IMG/VR virus record: IMGVR_UViG_2684622619_000018
Source of the DNA: a virus
Lineage: Duplodnaviria; Heunggongvirae; Uroviricota; Caudoviricetes
Length of the DNA: 5,317 bases
Reading direction: 5' to 3' (one strand)
The translations under genes were made by a program, and so were the position numbers. Shown one piece after another: positions 1 to 5,202 of the stretch. Below the pieces are notes generated by a model, which was not told where the DNA came from, searched no databases, and saw only the letters and a list, made by a program, of their open reading frames with translations. Every line of letters begins with the position of its first letter. Position 1 is the first letter of the stretch.

Positions 1-11
1 AGTCACCTCTT

Positions 12-964
12 TTACCCGAGCACGCCAGTCGCAAAGGCGTGATCAAGAAAACGAAAAATTAACTCAATCTGAGAGCCGTACTTTTTCTCAAACTCCAGCG
101 GGTCTGCATGAAGTTCGTTGTGGTGCTCCCGGCACAACGGTAGCGTGAAAATATCGTGGGCCTTTGTCCCCATTCCCCCCTGACCATGACCAATCAGGTG
201 ATGCGGATCGTCAGCAGGCTTACCACAACACGCACACGGCTGTGTCTTTACCCAGCGCGTGTATTTCTCATTAACCCAGCGGCAACGTTTAGGCCGCCTC
301 ATGAACGATTCAGGAGACTCCGGATCAACGGCGATACTGACAACCGTTTTTTTCTGTGGTNNNNNNNNNNNNNNNNNNNNNNNNNNNNNNNNNNNNNNNN
401 NNNNNNNNNNCGCGCTACTGCCTCAGGTAGTGCATCCACCACCTGATTGCAGGCCGCCCACCAGGATAATTCAGCCAGCGATAATTCACGCTCCTGTGTG
501 CCATTCATTGCGTGACGAATGACGTCAATCATCCATGCTGACAGGTTTTGGTGAGCAAGTTGCTCAAGTGATTCGGAGGTCTGGTCACGCAACTGGTTGT
601 CGCAGTGCCAGCACAACACCATTGCGCCGGTACCATAACGGTGAATGACGGTTTCACTGTGGTGATAATCGCCGTGTGGCCACTGGCAGGATTTAACATG
701 GCGCAGTAACCAGTCAGACAGTGCGCCAGCGCCACCAGCAGCACGAATCACTCGTTCGTCGCTGAAAAATGGCAGTAATGATTTATCCTCCGCCAGCGGC
801 TGGCGAACGGCAGGAACGACCCCGGACGGCAGATTACGCATGCTTTTCGGTTCCGGCTCCACCAGTACCCGGGTATTGTGGAATACCGGCATGGATTCAC
901 GGCCCGGCTTAACGATCACCAGCCCGAGTTCCGGTACCAGAACAGGTCGAAGTAATACCCGCAC
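12..964 (-). CDS. DUF968-like phage protein (ydfU-like by position) with a C-terminal Cys/His HNH-like motif; one gene split into two apparent frames by the N-gap at 361-410
   Basis: ORF-track pieces 299..964 (221 aa) and 12..302 (96 aa) lie on the same strand either side of the gap. The 12..302 frame stays open upstream to the gap (…PQKKTVVSIAVDPESPESF-MRRPKR…), while the 299..964 frame stops 18 codons after it. GTG start at 964 sits 6 nt after a perfect GGAGGT Shine-Dalgarno. The C-terminal piece carries CACCGKP…DDPHH…GMGTK…CREHHNELH, a CxxC/HH/HxxxH pattern typical of HNH-type zinc-finger nucleases. The family name is from memory, not a search. Confidence 0.6.
361..410. other. Assembly gap (run of 50 N); true length unknown
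   Basis: 50 consecutive n characters in the sequence; it breaks the frame of the 12..964 gene. Confidence 0.95.
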
Positions 965-965
965 G

Positions 966-1244
966 TTACCTCCAGATGCGTTGCTGGAATGTGCGGGACG
1001 GACGCGGTGGGCGTTCGGAGTAAGGAAGCCTGACGGAGATTATCCAGTGACGATAATCGAGACTGAGGGCTTTCTTAACCTCGTATCCGCGCCTGCGGTA
1101 ACACTGAATCAGCCATTCAGCCTGTTCTTCGGTGCAGGGGTCGTGCTGATACCAGTCAGATTTGAATGCATGAGAACGCCGCCCGTGCCTGCTGGCAGGG
1201 GCGGCAGAGTTATCCGAATTGTAAAATTTGGTATCGTGCGCCAT
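966..1244 (-). CDS. Small phage protein of unknown function, 92 aa (rem-like by position between hok and the DUF968 gene)
   Basis: ORF-track entry 966..1373 begins at a GTG upstream of the intrinsic terminator at 1314-1343, so that start is unlikely. The first ATG after the terminator is at 1244 (MAHDTKFYNSDNS…). Its TAA stop (966-968) lies 1 nt from the GTG start of the next gene, suggesting coupling. The Shine-Dalgarno is weak (GAGA). Confidence 0.4.
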   Translation of the reverse strand: MAHDTKFYNSDNSAAPASRHGRRSHAFKSDWYQHDPCTEEQAEWLIQCYRRRGYEVKKALSLDYRHWIISVRLPYSERPPRPSRTFQQRIWR

Positions 1245-1313
1245 CTGTTTTCTCTGCTGGCGCAGCAGGTGCCAGTTGTTCAGGCTGACGGATGGATTGT
1301 AAACCAGAACGAC

Positions 1314-1343
1314 CAGAAAAAACAAAACCCGCCGAAGCGGGTT
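1314..1343 (-). terminator. Rho-independent terminator ending the hok transcript
   Basis: On the minus strand: AACCCGC-TTCG-GCGGGTT (7-bp stem, 4-nt loop) followed directly by TTGTTTTTTCTGG. It lies about 70 nt after the hok stop codon. Confidence 0.7.
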
Positions 1344-1411
1344 AAGTGCGGGTGCGTTGAGGATGCCTGACACATCAGCGGTGGCGAGGGATTTCTCCCC
1401 CGCCTGGTCTC

Positions 1412-1567
1412 TTACTCCTCAGGTTCGTAAGCTGTGAAGACAGCGACCTCCGTCTGGCCGGTTCGGANTCGTACCTCGCAGAGGTCTTTCCTCGTTACCA
1501 GTGCCGTCACTATGACGGTTAAACAGATGACGATCAGGGCGATTAACATCGCCTTTTGCTGCTTCAT
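1412..1567 (-). CDS. hokD: Hok/Gef family type I membrane toxin (HokD/RelF-type), 51 aa
   Basis: Minus-strand translation from ATG 1567: MKQQKAMLIALIVICLTVIVTALVTRKDLCEVRxRTGQTEVAVFTAYEPEE (x is the N at 1468). It has a single transmembrane helix and the conserved C-terminal Cys, and matches E. coli HokD as I recall it. AAGGAG Shine-Dalgarno lies 9 nt upstream. The in-frame ATG at 1624 (70-aa ORF in the track) is probably not the start. Confidence 0.85.
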   Translation of the reverse strand: MKQQKAMLIALIVICLTVIVTALVTRKDLCEVRXRTGQTEVAVFTAYEPEE

Positions 1568-1784
1568 AACCTGCTTCTCCTTGCCTTTCGGCGCGTAAGA
1601 GGCTAACCTACGTTTGTGAAGCATAGATTGGGCCTCAGATTAATGTTAAGCGTCTTGCAGGACGCGTAATGTTAACTGGGGCTTTTCTCTGTCTGCCTTA
1701 CGGTGGCATGCCCGAGGCAGACAGCCTCAAGCACCCGCAGCAATTCTACTTAACTCTCGCTTTACAGCAAACCGTTTTGCCCGA

Positions 1785-1800
1785 TATGGGAATTCCCATA
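1785..1800. repeat. Perfect 16-bp palindrome TATGGGAATTCCCATA (contains GAATTC), with a second GAATTC-centred imperfect dyad at 1802-1818
   Basis: Read directly: 1785-1800 equals its own reverse complement. 1802-1818 is GGAA-TGAATTCA-G-TTCC. Both lie just downstream of the smORF stop, in the hok leader. Confidence 0.9.
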
Positions 1801-1810
1801 CGGAATGAAT

Positions 1811-1915
1811 TCAGTTCCCCAGGCGCTCCATCAAAAACACAACCAGGCAGTAAACACCCACAACAGCAATAACAGCCAGAGCGCCTTCCATTACCAGTGA
1901 AATATCATCCGACAT
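1811..1915 (-). CDS. Unannotated small ORF: 34-aa single-pass membrane peptide (MSDDISLVMEGALAVIAVVGVYCLVVFLMERLGN)
   Basis: Not in the ORF track (below its length cut-off). ATG at 1915 is preceded by AAGGGAGGGAAT, a strong Shine-Dalgarno at correct spacing. Codon use is E. coli-like (CTG, GGC, GCT). Residues 10-28 form one hydrophobic helix. TGA stop at 1811-1813. Confidence 0.4.
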   Translation of the reverse strand: MSDDISLVMEGALAVIAVVGVYCLVVFLMERLGN

Positions 1916-1970
1916 ATTCCCTCCCTTGGTGTGAATCCCGGCGAACGTTTTTACCCCCACCGACAAATAA

Positions 1971-2000
1971 CATATACTAGAAAAGCAATAGCTATAGCAA
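1971..2000 (-). promoter_or_regulatory. Candidate sigma-70 promoter for the smORF-hok transcript
   Basis: Minus strand: TTGCTA, 18-nt spacer, TATATG, about 50 nt upstream of the smORF start. It overlaps an 8-bp palindrome ATAGCTAT (1988-1995). The match to consensus is only moderate. Confidence 0.25.
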
Positions 2001-2024
2001 CGCCTGCAAATGCATCTGGCCGGC

Positions 2025-2588
2025 TCATTGGTTCTCCCCCTGTGTCGCTTCTACTGCGATCTGACTGGCGTATTCGTTAATGGTAACGATAAGTTCTTGC
2101 TCGGCCTCATCCAGACAACTACCGATACCTCGCCTGTCCACTTCAGAAGCATCGAAATCTGCACGAAGCCTGGCGACCTTCAGGATTGCGGACAACACCT
2201 CATCAGGGATTGCCGGAGAGTTGGTTGACGTTTCCGAGATTATCCGAAAATTATTGGTTGACGAACCCTTATTTTCCCGAAAGTTTCCAGCCTGAAGCAT
2301 GGCGGCGCGGTGACACCAGATAATCCAGCCAAGCGCCATATCCCATGCCATGTATTCTCTATCGCCATTTTTTGCTCTGCGGCGATCTACAGATTCCCCG
2401 AAACGCTTCTCCATAAATAATTCATAGGCTGCCCGTTCATCCGATACTGATGCCAGTGATGCCAGTGCAATTTTTAATGCGGTAAGCATGTTGTTTTGAT
2501 CTTCATCGAGTCCGAACGGTATTTCATCCCGTGATGACTCAATTCCGGTAATCGTGTTCTGTAGCCATTCTTTGGTTAATTCAGTCAT
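2025..2588 (-). CDS. Hypothetical protein, 187 aa, no recognisable domain (ORFan accessory gene)
   Basis: ORF-track 2025..2588 with ATG start and an in-frame TGA one codon upstream. It is AT-richer than the replication genes and uses rare E. coli codons (AGA, ATA, CTA, TTA, AGG). No convincing Shine-Dalgarno; a GC hairpin (2598-2613) sits 9 nt upstream of the start. Confidence 0.55.
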   Translation of the reverse strand: MTELTKEWLQNTITGIESSRDEIPFGLDEDQNNMLTALKIALASLASVSDERAAYELFMEKRFGESVDRRRAKNGDREYMAWDMALGWIIWCHRAAMLQAGNFRENKGSSTNNFRIISETSTNSPAIPDEVLSAILKVARLRADFDASEVDRRGIGSCLDEAEQELIVTINEYASQIAVEATQGENQ

Positions 2589-2714
2589 TTTTCACTACCG
2601 CCCTTTCGGGCGGTCTCCTGATGTTCTGAGGGTGCAGGAATCCCTCCGGTTAAGGATTTAATAAAAATCATTTCTGATTTAAATTTTCAGTGTTTAGTTG
2701 TTGGTTTATAGCCT

Positions 2715-3026
2715 TTATGCTTCGGCCTTATTTCTCAGCCATACACAAACAGGACCATCTTCGGTGTCATGTATCGAACCGATAAACCATCCCTCACCTT
2801 CTGGTCGCTCAGGTTCCCATGCTGAAATATCAGGGCCATCTGCGTCCAGATTAAAATCATCTTCATCCATACTACGGATAGCCCACTGAAGATTATTTTT
2901 CTCCATCCAGGCGTTAAACTCTTCCGTTGAAATATATTCCCGACCATCACAGAATTTTTCATATTCAGGATGCGTCCAGCAGCCATATTCATTACGTTCC
3001 ACTGGCATTTCTTTAATTACGCTCAT
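2715..3026 (-). CDS. Hypothetical highly acidic, Trp-rich protein, 103 aa
   Basis: ATG at 3026 is preceded by AAGGGGGG 4 nt upstream. Its start overlaps the upstream gene's stop as ATGA. By my count about 25 Asp/Glu against 9 Lys/Arg, and 6 Trp. Confidence 0.6.
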   Translation of the reverse strand: MSVIKEMPVERNEYGCWTHPEYEKFCDGREYISTEEFNAWMEKNNLQWAIRSMDEDDFNLDADGPDISAWEPERPEGEGWFIGSIHDTEDGPVCVWLRNKAEA

Positions 3027-3211
3027 TTACCCCCCTTATTTAATTTTCTACGACACTTTTTACAATCATCTGGACTTTCGAATGTATCCGGCTCACGCTC
3101 ATTGCCAAAATACATCCACCCACCGCAAATACTTGTTATTTCACCTTCAGCAAAATAATGATGTTTTTTCGCCATAAGTGGCCTTGCCCAGCCCGGATTC
3201 GTTTTACTCAC
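3023..3211 (-). CDS. Hypothetical small Cys-containing protein, 62 aa, GTG start
   Basis: GTG at 3211 sits 6 nt after a perfect AAGGAGG and overlaps the upstream stop as GTGA. Four Cys (…SICGGW…DDCKKC…) suggest a possible zinc ribbon. An alternative ATG start at 3175 would give 50 aa. Confidence 0.5.
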   Translation of the reverse strand: MSKTNPGWARPLMAKKHHYFAEGEITSICGGWMYFGNEREPDTFESPDDCKKCRRKLNKGGK

Positions 3212-3564
3212 TTGTTGCCTCCTTTGCGAAGCTCTGCGACTAACTCGTCACATATGTGCGTCAAAGAGCAAAGTTTGATTGCTGGATGTTCGCGCACCAT
3301 CTCCACACCCTGCGCCCGCAATTCTGCCAGAAAAGCGTAGGGGTCAGTTTTTTCACTGTGGTACATGGCATCATAGATAATCATTGCAGCGACACCTGCC
3401 TGTCCTGCATCTGTGACGGATATATGCTCAAGGGCTACGGCCATTGCGTGTTTCAACCTCTCATTTTCCACCTCAAGCACCACACGATTAGCCTCCAGCT
3501 CTTCTATGCGTTTTTTTGCTGCTCCCAGCTCAACACGCAGCTCCTGATAGTTAATCTCGCTCAT
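3208..3564 (-). CDS. Hypothetical protein, 118 aa, with a coiled-coil-like N-terminus
   Basis: ATG at 3564 is preceded by GGGAGGAAGGAGA, a very strong Shine-Dalgarno, and overlaps the upstream stop as ATGA. The N-terminus (ELRVELGAAKKRIEELEANRVVLEVENERLK) has a heptad-like pattern. Confidence 0.6.
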   Translation of the reverse strand: MSEINYQELRVELGAAKKRIEELEANRVVLEVENERLKHAMAVALEHISVTDAGQAGVAAMIIYDAMYHSEKTDPYAFLAELRAQGVEMVREHPAIKLCSLTHICDELVAELRKGGNK

Positions 3565-3785
3565 TCTCCTTCCTCCCGCACTGCTGTTTTATATGCCCGA
3601 AGCACATGCGATGTTTTTCCTGACACAGTGCTTCTCAGAAAGAAAATTCCACTGGTGTTTATTACCAGATACGGGTCAGCAAGACGCAGCATATCCAGTA
3701 TGTGATTATGTTTTCTTGTTTCCAGCACCGTACTTGAAATAAGCATATGTGACACGGGGCCGAAATCATGATATCTGATTTTCAT
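3561..3785 (-). CDS. Hypothetical protein, 74 aa
   Basis: ATG at 3785, 21 nt after the upstream stop, with a GGTGA-type Shine-Dalgarno. Its stop overlaps the next start as ATGA. Confidence 0.45.
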   Translation of the reverse strand: MKIRYHDFGPVSHMLISSTVLETRKHNHILDMLRLADPYLVINTSGIFFLRSTVSGKTSHVLRAYKTAVREEGE

Positions 3786-3806
3786 ATCATCACCCTGCTG
3801 TAAAAA

Positions 3807-4505
3807 TTACCCGTTATCTCCTGTCGTTATTTTCTGTATGACATCACGATGCTTATTAATTTCCCGCAGCGCGGCGCATAAGCGCTCCCACTTCTGAACC
3901 TGACCTTTTGCCCGGCGCAGCTCGCGGTTAGCCACATGCAGCGATGGTAAAATCAGACCATCCGGATGCTTTCTGATGAACGACGACTGTGACTGCACTG
4001 TGACCGCCACACTTTCAGTTTTAATTTCTTCCTGTGTTTCCGCTTCCCGGACTGGTAACGCAACACCTGCCGGCTGAGGAAAGGCTTTACCATCGGTTTC
4101 CGTTACCGATGCAGCTTTCGGCTCTGCCGGTAAATTATCGCCCGGTATGCAGTAACGATATTTACCGTCCTGATTTACGCGAATCAGACGACCTTTGCTG
4201 ACAGCCATCGCCAGTGATGAATTCGCCCGGCGGGAGGTAATCCCGAACATTAACGCCAGTTCGTCAGCCGACTGAGGACCATGCTGTTCAATCGCGTTAA
4301 TCAGCATCTCTGCAGTGGTTTTTGGGGCCGCTTCAGTTGCCTCACTCGTCAGCCACCACATCGACCCCTTGTTATCAGCTTCGCCACGACGCTTCAGCTT
4401 CCAGAGTTCGGTAACAGCATCGTCACGGCTGATTTCAAGACGGGCTGCAATCTCGTGCGACGAGGCTTTTTTCAGTGCTTTCAGTGCGTCAAAAACGGTT
4501 TCCAT
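3807..4505 (-). CDS. Putative DNA-binding protein with two tandem winged-helix-like modules, 232 aa
   Basis: ORF-track 3807..4571 is trimmed to ATG 4505 because GGGAGGA lies 8 nt upstream and 4571 would overlap the P-like gene. Two similar segments by eye: [41 protein letters not shown]… and [46 protein letters not shown]…. Confidence 0.55.
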   Translation of the reverse strand: METVFDALKALKKASSHEIAARLEISRDDAVTELWKLKRRGEADNKGSMWWLTSEATEAAPKTTAEMLINAIEQHGPQSADELALMFGITSRRANSSLAMAVSKGRLIRVNQDGKYRYCIPGDNLPAEPKAASVTETDGKAFPQPAGVALPVREAETQEEIKTESVAVTVQSQSSFIRKHPDGLILPSLHVANRELRRAKGQVQKWERLCAALREINKHRDVIQKITTGDNG

Positions 4506-4539
4506 TAAATTTTCCTCCCGGTAAAAATTACTTCTCAAC

Positions 4540-5202
4540 TCAGACAAAACCGGCCGCCTTCCGGCGCTCATATTCCTGTTTCAGCAATTCAATTGGCGTT
4601 GGCCCTGGCGGGCGTTTGGGTGCTGCCAGTTGTCGCCGGACTGGCGGAACACTGAGGCCATTACCAACATGCTTTGCCCATTTCGTCAGCTGCCTTTCCA
4701 CAAGCCGTTTTAACTCCCCTTCGGTCATCTGGCGCTCAATCCCCTTTGAACGCATCTCGAGGCAAATGTGGTACAGCACCGGCTGTGGCCACGGGTATTT
4801 ATCACTCCCGTCGTACCGCCAGGATTCATTCCTCCAGCGACGGTACTCCTCCATCACGGCATCCACCGTCAGGCCAAATGGATTTGCCCCGCTCTCCGAA
4901 ATCAACGCCACAAACTCAGCCAGGTCCGGAGGCCACGTTTCACCCGCCCGGCAGCGGTCCATGCACTGACGGCAGACCTGCCGGATTTGCTGTTCAGTCA
5001 TCGCGCCAATCTGAGCAATCCAGAGCTTCGACGGCGCAGCCCCGTTCTTCTGGGTCCAGCGGTTCGAATACACCTCCCCCATAAGTTCCCACAGCTTCCA
5101 GGCCGTTTCCGTTGCTGATAAATCCGTTTTCACGTTCCCACTGTTCACGTGCTGCCCGAATTTCCTGAACTGCCCGTGATGCGGTGCCACCTGGTGCTGC
5201 AT
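4540..5202 (-). CDS. Lambda P-like replication protein (DnaB helicase-loader family), 220 aa
   Basis: The C-terminal ~150 aa align by eye with lambda P as I recall it (MTEQQIRQV…/TMEQVNAGMRV…, [32 protein letters not shown], and the same distance to the C-terminus). ATG 5202 has AAGGGGGTAAGCC upstream. The G-rich third-position codon style of the certain part continues up to 5202. The start could instead be 5082 or 5001. Confidence 0.65.
   Translation of the reverse strand: MQHQVAPHHGQFRKFGQHVNSGNVKTDLSATETAWKLWELMGEVYSNRWTQKNGAAPSKLWIAQIGAMTEQQIRQVCRQCMDRCRAGETWPPDLAEFVALISESGANPFGLTVDAVMEEYRRWRNESWRYDGSDKYPWPQPVLYHICLEMRSKGIERQMTEGELKRLVERQLTKWAKHVGNGLSVPPVRRQLAAPKRPPGPTPIELLKQEYERRKAAGFV

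Noticed and set aside
156-522. Plus-strand ORFs 156..446 and 259..522
   Set aside because: They are antisense to the DUF968-like gene, run through the N-gap, and have low-complexity translations with no ribosome-binding site.
529-744. Minus-strand 71-aa ORF 529..744
   Set aside because: It is an alternative frame wholly inside the DUF968-like gene, with a Cys/Thr-rich shadow-frame composition.
840-1370. Plus-strand 176-aa ORF 840..1370
   Set aside because: It is antisense to the rem-like and DUF968 genes and runs through the minus-strand terminator; a Gly/Arg/Pro-rich shadow ORF typical of GC-rich antisense frames.
1245-1373. N-terminal extension of the rem-like ORF to GTG 1373
   Set aside because: The extension contains the hok intrinsic terminator (1314-1343), so it is unlikely to be translated as part of the downstream gene.
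1568-1624. In-frame 19-codon N-terminal extension of Hok (70-aa ORF from ATG 1624)
   Set aside because: Hok proteins are about 50 aa and the AAGGAG Shine-Dalgarno sits inside this extension, right before ATG 1567. The extension cannot be mok, which overlaps hok in a different frame.
1669-1872. Plus-strand 67-aa ORF 1669..1872
   Set aside because: It is Pro/Gln-rich and low-complexity, antisense to the smORF and hok leader; a dyad-rich region is more plausibly a regulatory RNA or DNA element than a second protein.
2221-2263. 10-bp direct repeat TTGGTTGACG at 2221-2230 and 2254-2263
   Set aside because: It lies inside the 187-aa coding sequence and encodes a repeated STN peptide. About ten exact 10-mers are expected by chance in 5 kb, so it is not convincing as an iteron.
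2010-2295. Plus-strand ORFs 2010..2228 and 2080..2295
   Set aside because: They are antisense to the 187-aa gene with Ser-rich, low-complexity translations.
2449-2466. Tandem 9-bp repeat GATGCCAGT x2
   Set aside because: It encodes an in-frame ASL-ASL repeat within the 187-aa protein and is too short for a CRISPR or minisatellite call.
2698-3158. ORFs 2698..2889 (+), 2735..2992 (-) and 2970..3158 (+)
   Set aside because: They are alternative or antisense frames over the 103-aa and 62-aa genes, which have strong ribosome-binding sites and coupled stop/start overlaps; they have none.
3158-3705. Plus-strand ORFs 3158..3340 and 3256..3705
   Set aside because: They are antisense to the coupled 118-aa and 74-aa genes, with Cys/His/Phe-rich shadow composition.
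4505-4571. Longer start (ATG 4571) for the tandem winged-helix gene
   Set aside because: It would overlap the P-like gene by 32 nt and has a weak ribosome-binding site, whereas ATG 4505 has GGGAGGA 8 nt upstream.
4281-5118. Plus-strand ORFs 4281..4508, 4315..4524, 4475..4969, 4674..5084 and 4768..5118
   Set aside because: They are antisense to the tandem winged-helix and P-like genes, with Ser/Arg/Pro-rich translations typical of GC-rich antisense frames.
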